Positions 17,262 to 26,100 of a DNA stretch of 47,040 nucleotides are shown here, piece by piece (the stretch's first letter is position 1; every line of letters begins with the position of its first letter). A model generated the notes under the pieces. The model made no database searches. It was not told where the DNA came from and worked only from the letters and a program-made list of their open reading frames with translations. Origin of the DNA: an uncultured Planctomycetota bacterium (GTDB lineage: Bacteria > JAJVIF01 > JAPKYR01 > CAZSPL01); NCBI GenBank assembly GCA_964608735.1, contig CAZSPL010000006.1:1-47040 (forward strand), in the 5' to 3' direction. The position numbers and the translations under genes are program-made.

Positions 17262-19316
17262 ATGGACAGGAATTTTCTACCCGGCCCCGAAGGGCGGGAT
17301 TCAATCAAGAAGCGCCTTGTTAAGGAACTCCGGCGCGAACTTCCCCCGAGTCTTGAAAAGCGCCTCGACGGCATCCTCGACGCCGCGCTCGGATTTCATC
17401 CGCTGAATGCAATTCCCCACGGTGAACCATCGTTTGACTTCCGCTCCCTCGCGGGCGAGGACCTTGTGCCCGCGCGCGACGACAGTTTCGGCGCGGCGGA
17501 TTTCCTCAAGGTGAGCCAGGTATTCGAGCGCTCGCTCGTGGGGCTGATATCGAAGTCGGAGCTTCACGGCGATGACCGCACCCGCTTTGTATCGGATATC
17601 CAGGCGTTTTTCGACGCTTTCGACACCGCGCTGCTTTCGCAGCTCGAGGAAGAATTGGTCGACCGGGGGCTGCTTCGTCCGGCACCGACCACCCAGGCCG
17701 AGCCGGCGACCGATATTCTGAGGAAGCTCGGGCTCACTCGCGACCTCGCCGATGAGATGACCGACCCGGTGCTTCTGACAATCGCGGGACGGCTTGTTTA
17801 TTCCAATGCCGCCGCGGATTCGGTCTTCCCCAACCCCAAGGACCGCGAATCATGCTGCGGCGCGAACGGCCCTATCGGCGAGTATCTTCTCCCCGGGTCA
17901 TCGGAACCGGGCGTATGGAATCGCCGGAGAATTACGCTCCCGTATTTCGACGAGCCCGGGAGAGAGACACTTGCCGCATGGAAGAGCGCCGGTACGCCGG
18001 ATGGACTCGCGACGGTCATCATCCTTCTCGGGGCCGGGAAACCTGAGGAGCAGTTGCAACGCATCAACCGGCTTACGAGGGAGAAGCGCCGGTTCCGTAC
18101 GCTCTACCGCTTGAGCAAGGAGCTTCTCGGGGGCTCGGACCTCGAAAGCCTGTTCGAGAGCGTATCCAAAGAGCTTGGCGCGGAAGTCCAGTATGACGCC
18201 ATAATGCTGCATCTGCACAAACCGGCCGACAGCCGCGCCCTTTTTCACCTGACAACCCCGCTTCCGCCTGAAGCCCTTGACCTCCTGCTCGAGAATTCCG
18301 TATCCACGTTGGACGCCTTCGTTGTCGGGGCCGAACCGTCGAATGTGCGCAAGTCGCTCATGAACCCGGATATGCTCGATTCGTCGGTGAGCCTCGAAGT
18401 TAGATCCGGCAACCTTTTCATATTCCCGATCACCACCCGCGACAGCGTGCTCGGCTCGCTCGGAGTGTACCGGTCGAACGACACGCCGGTATCCGATGAC
18501 GACCTGCACCTGTTTTCGACATTCTCAAACCAGCTCTCGCTTTCCCTGCAAAACCTGTCGGCGTTCGAGGGCATGCGGAAGCTCCTGAGAAACAACAGGG
18601 AGCAGATCGATCTCGCAAGGCGCGTGCAGCTTGAGCTTCTGCCCGAGGCCGAGACATTCAGCCGCCTGAAATTCCGCACGCTGTTCCGTCCGGCGACCGG
18701 TTTATCGGGGGATTTCTACCACTTTTTCCGGCAGGACGGGTATGAGGGCCTGGTAATCGGCGACGCATCCGGCCACGGCATCTCGGCATCGTTGATTATG
18801 GCGGCCGCGCTGGCATCGTTCCAGGATGCCTGCTCCGACCCGGGATGCGAGCCGGACAGCATTCTGTACAAGGCGAATTCCGCGCTGAAAAATGTCCTTG
18901 CCGAGGATTTCTTCGTGGTGGCTCTCGTGTTCGTCGTGGATCCCGTAACCCTCATCGCGAAATATGCCACCGCCGGCCAGGCGGGGCCGTTCCTGCTGAA
19001 GCCCGATGGTAAAATGGATTTACTGAAGCCCGCCGGCATTCCGCTCGGGATGTTCGAGGAGCCTTTATCATATGATATAGACAGCATCGCGCTGCATCCA
19101 GGCGACAGGCTGCTCTTCTTCACCGACGGCGCCATCGAAAACCGCAACGGGATGGGCGAATTGTATGGCCTGAACAGGCTGCGCAAATCGGTGAAACGGG
19201 GGATATTCCTCGACGGGGATGAGCTGCTTGCGTCGGTAACCGAAGAAATCGCCGATTTCATAGGGGATGCAAGTTATGCCGATGACCTCACACTGGTGCT
19301 GATGGAAGTCGATTGA
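17262..19316 (+). CDS. PP2C-type serine phosphatase of the SpoIIE/RsbU family with a GAF-like sensor and a long N-terminal region
   Basis: C-terminal block RVQLELLPE...FRPATGLSGDFYHFF...LVIGDASGHGISASLIMAA...LLFFTDG...DDLTLVLMEV is the SpoIIE/PP2C signature. The preceding roughly 150 aa look GAF-like (ends ...GSLGVYRSN...LHLFSTFSNQLSLSLQN). Confidence 0.85.
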   Translation: MDRNFLPGPEGRDSIKKRLVKELRRELPPSLEKRLDGILDAALGFHPLNAIPHGEPSFDFRSLAGEDLVPARDDSFGAADFLKVSQVFERSLVGLISKSELHGDDRTRFVSDIQAFFDAFDTALLSQLEEELVDRGLLRPAPTTQAEPATDILRKLGLTRDLADEMTDPVLLTIAGRLVYSNAAADSVFPNPKDRESCCGANGPIGEYLLPGSSEPGVWNRRRITLPYFDEPGRETLAAWKSAGTPDGLATVIILLGAGKPEEQLQRINRLTREKRRFRTLYRLSKELLGGSDLESLFESVSKELGAEVQYDAIMLHLHKPADSRALFHLTTPLPPEALDLLLENSVSTLDAFVVGAEPSNVRKSLMNPDMLDSSVSLEVRSGNLFIFPITTRDSVLGSLGVYRSNDTPVSDDDLHLFSTFSNQLSLSLQNLSAFEGMRKLLRNNREQIDLARRVQLELLPEAETFSRLKFRTLFRPATGLSGDFYHFFRQDGYEGLVIGDASGHGISASLIMAAALASFQDACSDPGCEPDSILYKANSALKNVLAEDFFVVALVFVVDPVTLIAKYATAGQAGPFLLKPDGKMDLLKPAGIPLGMFEEPLSYDIDSIALHPGDRLLFFTDGAIENRNGMGELYGLNRLRKSVKRGIFLDGDELLASVTEEIADFIGDASYADDLTLVLMEVD

Positions 19317-19403
19317 AGCCCCGGGCAGCCGCATTCGGAAGCCTTTTTTTACCTCTGATATCATCTTATAAAGAAAATTTCCGAAAAATTACCAATTTTA
19401 TAC

Positions 19404-19433
19404 TTGTACTGACCTGCTGTCGTCGGGTATAAT
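19404..19433 (+). promoter_or_regulatory. Candidate sigma70 promoter for the sigma/anti-sigma pair
   Basis: TTGTAC (19404-19409), 18-nt spacer, TATAAT (19428-19433), with an A/T-rich UP-like stretch upstream (19370-19400). Its position argues against the track start ATG 19434. Confidence 0.4.
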
Positions 19434-19484
19434 ATGGACAGGAAAAAGGCAGCCTGTCTGTCTTTTTTATTTTTTAGCAAGGGT

Positions 19485-20102
19485 ATGATTGAAAGCATGG
19501 GTAATCTGAGTGCCTCGGAACTAACTAAGCTCAGCGAAGAGGAACTTATCCAGAGATGTTGCTCCGGTGAGGACGACGCCTGGAAGATTCTCTATGAGCG
19601 GTTCTACTCCTACATCTTCCACCTGGTGAAGGGCAAAAACTACCAATTCACAATGCAGGACACGCAGGATATCACCCACGAGGTCTTCATGGACCTCATC
19701 AAGGGCATCTCCTCGTTCCAGAAGAAGTCCATCCTCAAAACCTACATCCACTCCCTGACCCTGAACCGGGTGCGACAGCATTTCAGGAAGAACCTTACCA
19801 TCAAGCGCGGCGGCACGGTCGAGAAGATAAGCCTCGAGGATGTCGACATCGACCTCGCCGACCACCAGACCATCGCACCCGATTTCGCCATCATGCGAAA
19901 GCAGGAAGTGCTGAACCTGCGCGACAAGATGATGGCGCTGCCGTCGAATCTCCGCAAGGTCATCCAGCTTCGCTACGAGCGTAATTACAAGTACAAGGAA
20001 ATAGCCGACGAGATGGACATCCCCGAGGGTTCCGTCGGCGCGCTCATCCAGAAAGCGTTGCTTCGCCTGCGGGAATTGATAGCACAGGGCTTCGAAGGTT
20101 AA
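19485..20102 (+). CDS. ECF-type (sigma-70 family) RNA polymerase sigma factor
   Basis: Region 2 (AWKILYERFYSYIFHLV...DITHEVFMDLIKGISSF) and region 4 HTH (LPSNLRKVIQLRYERNYKYKEIADEMDIPEGSVGALIQKALLRLRE). Start is ATG 19485 or 19497. The track start 19434 sits directly after the predicted -10 box. Confidence 0.85.
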   Translation: MIESMGNLSASELTKLSEEELIQRCCSGEDDAWKILYERFYSYIFHLVKGKNYQFTMQDTQDITHEVFMDLIKGISSFQKKSILKTYIHSLTLNRVRQHFRKNLTIKRGGTVEKISLEDVDIDLADHQTIAPDFAIMRKQEVLNLRDKMMALPSNLRKVIQLRYERNYKYKEIADEMDIPEGSVGALIQKALLRLRELIAQGFEG

Positions 20103-20177
20103 CATCACCTCTTAATATCAAGATACTATTTCCGGGATACGCGGGAATGCGATTCGGCGTGATTCCGGGGATTTTTT

Positions 20178-21620
20178 ATGTCTGAATTCTGTGAAAAAAT
20201 CGACAGGGAAGGACTGCTCATCCGGCTCCTCGACAGGGAGCTCAACGCATCCGATGAGGATGAGGTCCTCGACCATCTGCACGAATGCTCCGATTGCCTC
20301 GCCAAGGTGGCAAAACTTCTCATAACCAGCGATCAGCTCAAGGGGGAATCGTCAATCGCCGGGGACGCGACGCAAGCCGACCCCCATAAATCCTTGGAGC
20401 CGGACATCATAGGGTTGGCTCTCGAACCCAGAGGCAGCCCGAAGGAGGCCAGGATGGCTCCAACCAGCGGCAGACATGACCTTGTCAAGACTGGGAAGAT
20501 AAAGGTGGATGATTTGCCGATCGGGGTGACGCTGGAGTACAGCCTTTTCGACACCGAGGGACATCTGCTTGTCGCGAGCAACACCCCGCTTACCGAGGCG
20601 ATAATCGACAGCATCAGGCGGCGAGGGGTAAGCGAGGTCACGGTGCGACGTTCGGCCCCGCTGATGGGCTCTGCATTCCAGCGCGAGGCTTGCGCTTTCA
20701 AGGGACGTCCCGACCGTGCGTTTTATACGGTTCTTTCTAACGGTGGCGCTCCCGCCGCGGTATCGGTGCTCGCAAGGCAGATGGCAGTGGAATCATTGAA
20801 GCGCGCATTCCTGAGCGTGGCTCCCGACGCCGCTATCGACACTGATGAAGTGCGCGATACATGCAACGAAGTCGTCGACGACCTCATCGGTGATGAAATC
20901 GTCAGCCCGAGTATAATCGACATCTACCTCACCGACTCATCCCTCTACCATCACAGCATGAACGTGATGATGGTCTTCACCGCTGTATGCGGCGTGCTCG
21001 GACTGCCGAAGCGGGCGGTGAAGTCATACGCGGCGGGCGCGATGCTTCACGACATCGGGCGCGTGCTGCTCAGGAAAATCGCCGGGGAGCTTGAATCGAA
21101 GCAGATTAATGTCGAGAAGTTGCATGCCGAGGCGGGATATAAATACATGAAAGGGCTCGGGGCGTTCGGCCCCGAGGTTACCAACGCGGTACGAAACCAC
21201 CACGAGCGGCTCGACGGGCGGGGGTTCCCGAGGCACGTGCACAACAGCGAACTCGATGAATACGTCCAGGCGCTGATACTCTCGAATTTTTACGACAACC
21301 GCACATGGGACCACTCGCGCGAGCTGAAGAACGGGTTCCACCGTACCGCGAATCTCATAATACAGCAATCGGGAAAACTCGTTTCCGCGCGTGTCGTCGA
21401 GGCATTCCTGAACGCGTTCGGGCATCATCCCCCGGGAAGCTGGGTGAAGCTTTCATCGGGCGAAGCGGGGATGGTGGTGCAGGCGACGCCGTTCAAGCCG
21501 CGGCGTCCCACCGTGCATTTATACTACGACCATTTCGGCGAACGACTGGCCGAATCGGTGCCGCTCGATTTATCGGAGCCGGGCATGCCCGCCATCGTCG
21601 GACGGCTTGAGCTGGCGTAA
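20178..21620 (+). CDS. Fusion protein: zf-HC2 anti-sigma-like N-terminus, DUF3391-like linker domain and HD-GYP (HD-GFP variant) phosphohydrolase domain
   Basis: HLHECSDC (H-x3-C-x2-C) at 20274-20297. KIKVDDLPIGVTLEYSLFD...IIDSIRRRGVSEVTV resembles the N-terminal domain common in HD-GYP proteins. HHSMNV...MLHDIGRV...HHERLDGRGFP (21198-21230) is the HD-GYP signature with F in place of Y. I saw no hydrophobic TM segment. Confidence 0.8.
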   Translation: MSEFCEKIDREGLLIRLLDRELNASDEDEVLDHLHECSDCLAKVAKLLITSDQLKGESSIAGDATQADPHKSLEPDIIGLALEPRGSPKEARMAPTSGRHDLVKTGKIKVDDLPIGVTLEYSLFDTEGHLLVASNTPLTEAIIDSIRRRGVSEVTVRRSAPLMGSAFQREACAFKGRPDRAFYTVLSNGGAPAAVSVLARQMAVESLKRAFLSVAPDAAIDTDEVRDTCNEVVDDLIGDEIVSPSIIDIYLTDSSLYHHSMNVMMVFTAVCGVLGLPKRAVKSYAAGAMLHDIGRVLLRKIAGELESKQINVEKLHAEAGYKYMKGLGAFGPEVTNAVRNHHERLDGRGFPRHVHNSELDEYVQALILSNFYDNRTWDHSRELKNGFHRTANLIIQQSGKLVSARVVEAFLNAFGHHPPGSWVKLSSGEAGMVVQATPFKPRRPTVHLYYDHFGERLAESVPLDLSEPGMPAIVGRLELA

Positions 21621-21653
21621 CACACCGGGAAATCAGAATTCAAGAGCGAATCA

Positions 21654-22796
21654 CTACGGGGGATCGAGGACTACGATGGCGTCGTCGAGGGGAGCTGTAA
21701 GGTATATCTTTTCACCTACGGGATCATAAAGAATATCTGAATAAAGGCAAAAAGGCGCTATCAGCCATTCGGAATAGGCATTTGTTGCTAAATCTATGAC
21801 GGCCATCCTGAAATGAGTTTTTCCATCAGATTTCCTCGTCCAAAGAGTGGCATATAATCGGCTGTTAGCAACATCCTCAGCCATTTCATCCCCACCTCCT
21901 TCAGGATTTGGGTTAGTTATCGGGCTTGGATCAGTAATATACCATTGCTCAATTCCATCAGTCTGCACATTTATAAGTGCCATGCCAACACCGTCATCAG
22001 AATCCGAACGAAAACCAACCATTACATAGGTATCGCCATTAAGCGCGTATGAGGTGTTTTGCTCTTCGCCATACGGTACTGGCAAGGTTGCCTCTATAGA
22101 CAAATCCGTCACATTGACAATATAGCATGTCGATCCTATTGTTGTTTCATCCGAACCATATAATTCTCGATTGGAAAGAAGTGGTGACATTACAACAAGC
22201 TTCCCGCCCTGGTAGGACAAACCTGACTCGAGCGCAACAGACAGGCTAGCCGTCCTGGTTAGAGTGAAATCAGTAAGCCTGACCTCGAACAACCTTCCTG
22301 TGCCGATATGAGAAGAATGCTCACCCAATCCCCAGGATTCATCAAATTCGGGCCAGGTCCCACCCGAAATATAGAGGTATTCTCCCGAGTCATCAATGGC
22401 AACCTGATACACATTTGCGGGAGTTAAATCGATGGTTGCAATTTGCCCGGTATCCGTGTTTATACGAGATAATTTGCCTTGGTTTGTATCCCCTGGATTA
22501 TATACACAATATATATAATCACCGTCTGTTCCTATTTCCATATCATAAACATAATAATTGAATTCCAGTGTTTTTATAATCTCCATCGTAGATTTATTTA
22601 TTACTTCTATCCCATCCGTGCTCGCCGCATATATTAGGGCGTTATCCGGCGCGAACAGAAGGAGATATGGTTTCTTGCCAATATAATGATAAAATTCATC
22701 GGAAGCGAAAGTAGCTTTGCTCCTCATGAAAGAGATTACGCATCCTATTATGATGGCTGCCAGAATGACAAGGAATATAATAATTGATTTTCTCAT
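21654..22796 (-). CDS. Membrane-anchored or secreted beta-propeller repeat protein (YVTN-like), AT-rich island
   Basis: AAGGAG RBS and N-terminal TM/signal MRKSIIIFLVILAAIIIGC. Repeated blade-like segments are present (ALIYAASTDGIEVINKST, GDYIYCVYNPG, GEYLYISGG, GEKIYLTAPLDDAIVVLD). Confidence 0.7.
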   Translation of the reverse strand: MRKSIIIFLVILAAIIIGCVISFMRSKATFASDEFYHYIGKKPYLLLFAPDNALIYAASTDGIEVINKSTMEIIKTLEFNYYVYDMEIGTDGDYIYCVYNPGDTNQGKLSRINTDTGQIATIDLTPANVYQVAIDDSGEYLYISGGTWPEFDESWGLGEHSSHIGTGRLFEVRLTDFTLTRTASLSVALESGLSYQGGKLVVMSPLLSNRELYGSDETTIGSTCYIVNVTDLSIEATLPVPYGEEQNTSYALNGDTYVMVGFRSDSDDGVGMALINVQTDGIEQWYITDPSPITNPNPEGGGDEMAEDVANSRLYATLWTRKSDGKTHFRMAVIDLATNAYSEWLIAPFCLYSDILYDPVGEKIYLTAPLDDAIVVLDPP

Positions 22797-22816
22797 TTAC
22801 ACTACTCCTTTAAGAA

Positions 22817-25780
22817 TCAATTCGCACTATATTTGTATATTTTCCATATAGGGTCGCAGTATTTAAACCACATAAAAGAAGAGTGGCCGGGAGTTTTTTT
22901 AAGGTAATACATATATCCTATGTCAATAGCCCTACCTGAACATATCATATATTCCGGCCACTCAAATTCTCTTGCCAGCTTACAGTGAGATTCCATCCAA
23001 GCCCAAATAAACTTATCCCCGGAACGACTTACTGCCCAATAGTCACTACAGGGAGTCAGCGTTTCATTCATAATACCGTTAAAATAAGGAGCGCATAGTG
23101 CAGATATTGACGTTCTTCCCATGCCCAAATATGATTGGTCTATGTCTACCTTAGCGCCATAGCCGGCTATCCCCAATAACTTCTGAGAATATATTAGTTC
23201 CGCCCAATAATTTGGCCAACCTATGCCATCGTCAAGCTGCCAGCATGCAATATTTATCCACCAATCAGTTGCGCTGAAATTGTTGAATTCATATGATCTA
23301 AACCTTGCATCCCAAAACGCTGGGTTTGTCGCATCATCAGTGATGGGTAAACATCCAGTTGAATACTCTCCATCAGAAGCTCTACGATAGAAATGGCCGA
23401 TATATGGTGTTAAAGGACCAGAGCCATTATCAAGGTCAATACCGCCGTGAGAAACGGAGACAAAGAGATCACCGCCTGATTGCACAGAGACTTCTGTTTC
23501 AGCCCCGTTCTCGCCAGCCTTCAGTTCTAGTTTGCCAGTGCCGCCGAGTTTGAGGTCATTGAACACGTTGAGCACGTTTCCGGCAGGATCATATCGACCT
23601 CTTTTATTTCCATATTGAAAAGCATTAGAAATATCAACAGCTTGATGGCAGGACAGGGCCGATGAATAATCATCCTGGAATTCCTCTGGCAGTAAATGAT
23701 CGCGGTGAGACATGTATAGAACAGGCCAATCGCCAAGTTGATTTTCCTCTTCCTGACTGTTGGTGTAATCGTCGTCTGAAACTATGAGCAATGAAGGTGA
23801 AATGTCTTCGCTCATATATGTCAATCCCGGGCCACGCATATAGAAATCGAGACAGTCTTTCGCGGGGATACCAAACAGCTCACACAATTTTTGGTACCTA
23901 ACATCCCCCTCCTTCAATCGATATGCATAGAAATTGCAGGTCCTCTCGCAGCCGATTGGAAGATGAGGCTCGTTCAAGGGGCTGTTTGTGGCTACCACTT
24001 GTATAGATTCAGGGGGAGTGCCGTGCCAGATGACAGCCGCGGCAAACTCAATATTAGCGACATATGCATTGCCATCCCAATATCTGGCAAATGAGGGGCC
24101 GTCGAAGTAGTCAGCTCCCAACAAACGGAAATTGTTAGGATTAGATGGGTCCACAAATTGCTGGTAGGCCTTAATGCCCATGACATAGGGACCCATTGCT
24201 GAAGGGAGTAGATCCTCTGAACGTCTCCAGTTGCCATGATAGCTATCATCAACGGCTTGATCCTCAACCCTTACGCGGAGGAAATCTATGTCATCTAAAT
24301 CTTCAAGTCCATCGCCAAAGTGTTCGTTAAGTATCCAGTAGTTCAACTCGTATTCATTGTATGATTGCCCGTCGTTAAGTAACTGATAATTCTTATCCGG
24401 GTCCGGCCAAGGTATATGTTCGTTAGGAGCGGTTTCTATTTTATCGAACCGAGCCATGAAGGCAATCCCCACTGTACCCGGCACAAATTCCTCATCTATC
24501 CCGTATTCAAGCGCAAAAGGCGAATAATTGCCTTTGAGGTTATGATTATCTCTCGCGAATGCAAGAATAACCATTTTGCATGGATCATCACGTAAGGGAT
24601 CAACAAATGCCTGCTCAAAATCACTCCGGTCTCCACCACCGATATAATGTGCCTCTCCAAAGGCGGGGTTGTCATAAGCGTCGAGGATATCGGTGATCGC
24701 CTTTGCGGCGTCGGGGCCGTTTAAAAGGGCCGGGGTCCCTTCAATGAAATCGGGAGGAGTGATATCGGCGTCAGTGAAGTTACACCCTATGCAGCCTTTT
24801 AGAGTTTCGAAACCTTCTCCCCCGGGTTCATTCTGGGGAATGCAATCCGCGGCGACCAGCGCAAAATATTCATGATTCTCATTCCGGTTGAATTCCAACG
24901 TGTGATAGCCGAGGGAAACGAGTGAGAAACCCTTTAACGCAGTGGATGTTTCATCATAATCATAAGGATCGACGAGGGCAAAAGGAAAATCCCATGGGTC
25001 GGCATTATCAACAGGTGTTTTTACATCAAAGCCCCAATCAAGAGCCGTGTCGCACGGGGGCGCTCCGGCCGCCTCGATTCGATAGCAACAAGCGTTTTGT
25101 TCCCCTTGCTCGTATGAGTGATAGCCCTCATTATCGTAAACATTGATATCACATACGCAATGCGGAGGCGGGGCCTGGGCCGCGCGTTCGCCGGTTCTGT
25201 TGGCGAAGTTGCCCTGCGAATATTTGCTCAAGCCGCGCGAACCGTTGAAATTGAATTCTATCTTCGGCACGGCTTTTACCGAGGACAGGGAATCGTTCTT
25301 TATCCTGACGAGTGCGGTAAGACCGCCATTGATCAATTCGATATCCGATAGGACATCATTGAAATCGCCGATGGACCAGTTCATCTTGCTCTCGGCAATG
25401 TCCTTGTTCAAGGGCTTATCAAAGAACAACAGGTAAAACCCCTCTTCATCATTCCCGAGGCATGATGTAATCCGCGCGGGCTCGGTGCACACTTCGAATT
25501 CCAGCGCCCTTGCCTGAGGATACGATGCCTGAGGCCAGAAAATTATGGATATATGGTGGTAGCCCGGTTCAAGGGCCTTTGCAGGCTGGAAGTATACTTC
25601 ATTCGCGCCGATGAGCTTTACGGGAACCGGCTGATCATCGATGCAAGCGCCGAAATCCTCATCCCCGGGAATATAACCGTCCCCTTCTTCAAGCGCAACA
25701 TGGAATACGGGGAGCGTGTTGATAACCCATGATTCGCCCCTCATTCCATTATAGAAGCCGTCGCATGTAATCTGTCCCAT
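22817..25780 (-). CDS. Large (987 aa as drawn) cysteine-rich protein with a C-terminal clan-CD-like His/Cys dyad region. It is probably the body of a frameshifted lipoprotein.
   Basis: A long ORF in AT-rich DNA, 20 nt upstream of the propeller gene. There is no signal peptide after Met 25780, but the frame stays open upstream to 25892. See the fragment at 25837..25968. Motifs DLFVSVSHGG (His codon 23447-23449) and DWWINIACWQ (Cys codon 23243-23245). Confidence 0.7.
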   Translation of the reverse strand: MGQITCDGFYNGMRGESWVINTLPVFHVALEEGDGYIPGDEDFGACIDDQPVPVKLIGANEVYFQPAKALEPGYHHISIIFWPQASYPQARALEFEVCTEPARITSCLGNDEEGFYLLFFDKPLNKDIAESKMNWSIGDFNDVLSDIELINGGLTALVRIKNDSLSSVKAVPKIEFNFNGSRGLSKYSQGNFANRTGERAAQAPPPHCVCDINVYDNEGYHSYEQGEQNACCYRIEAAGAPPCDTALDWGFDVKTPVDNADPWDFPFALVDPYDYDETSTALKGFSLVSLGYHTLEFNRNENHEYFALVAADCIPQNEPGGEGFETLKGCIGCNFTDADITPPDFIEGTPALLNGPDAAKAITDILDAYDNPAFGEAHYIGGGDRSDFEQAFVDPLRDDPCKMVILAFARDNHNLKGNYSPFALEYGIDEEFVPGTVGIAFMARFDKIETAPNEHIPWPDPDKNYQLLNDGQSYNEYELNYWILNEHFGDGLEDLDDIDFLRVRVEDQAVDDSYHGNWRRSEDLLPSAMGPYVMGIKAYQQFVDPSNPNNFRLLGADYFDGPSFARYWDGNAYVANIEFAAAVIWHGTPPESIQVVATNSPLNEPHLPIGCERTCNFYAYRLKEGDVRYQKLCELFGIPAKDCLDFYMRGPGLTYMSEDISPSLLIVSDDDYTNSQEEENQLGDWPVLYMSHRDHLLPEEFQDDYSSALSCHQAVDISNAFQYGNKRGRYDPAGNVLNVFNDLKLGGTGKLELKAGENGAETEVSVQSGGDLFVSVSHGGIDLDNGSGPLTPYIGHFYRRASDGEYSTGCLPITDDATNPAFWDARFRSYEFNNFSATDWWINIACWQLDDGIGWPNYWAELIYSQKLLGIAGYGAKVDIDQSYLGMGRTSISALCAPYFNGIMNETLTPCSDYWAVSRSGDKFIWAWMESHCKLAREFEWPEYMICSGRAIDIGYMYYLKKTPGHSSFMWFKYCDPIWKIYKYSAN

Positions 25781-25836
25781 GGGCTTAACGTGCGCGGGCG
25801 GAGAGCATCCCGGTGGATAAGTCCAGTTTTCGTGAT

Positions 25837-25968
25837 TTATTTCTCCGCCCCCCCGCCCGTGTGAATATTGGAATCCGTCTCACCCGGCACCAGTCCGGAT
25901 GACGAACAGCTTGAGATAAAGGGAAGGCATAGAAGGAGGAAAGCGGCAGTGAAAATTCGACTTATCAT
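25837..25968 (-). pseudogene. Detached lipoprotein signal-peptide mini-ORF (43 aa), probable 5' end of the 22817..25780 gene interrupted by a frameshift
   Basis: The ATG at 25968 is preceded by AGGGGTG. It encodes MISRIFTAAFLLLCLPFISSC (lipobox), then SSSGLVPGETDSNIHTGGGAEK and a stop. The downstream ORF frame is already open from 25892, so the two frames overlap across a C7 (minus-strand G7) tract at 25848-25854. Confidence 0.5.
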
Positions 25969-26100
25969 TCGGCACCCCTGTCGCGAAACATCTATCCTGA
26001 AGCATACCATGATTATCAATCCTGAACAATACCCGGCATCCTCGCATCCAAATATTGGAAAGCGATGAAAATTCTGAATTTGAGGAAGGCGATGGCACCA

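Noticed and set aside
19321-19350. Intrinsic terminator after the PP2C gene (GAAGCC...GAAGCC TTTTTTT)
   Set aside because: A T7 run is present, but the preceding sequence forms only a 3-bp stem. The repeated GAAGCC units are direct, not inverted.
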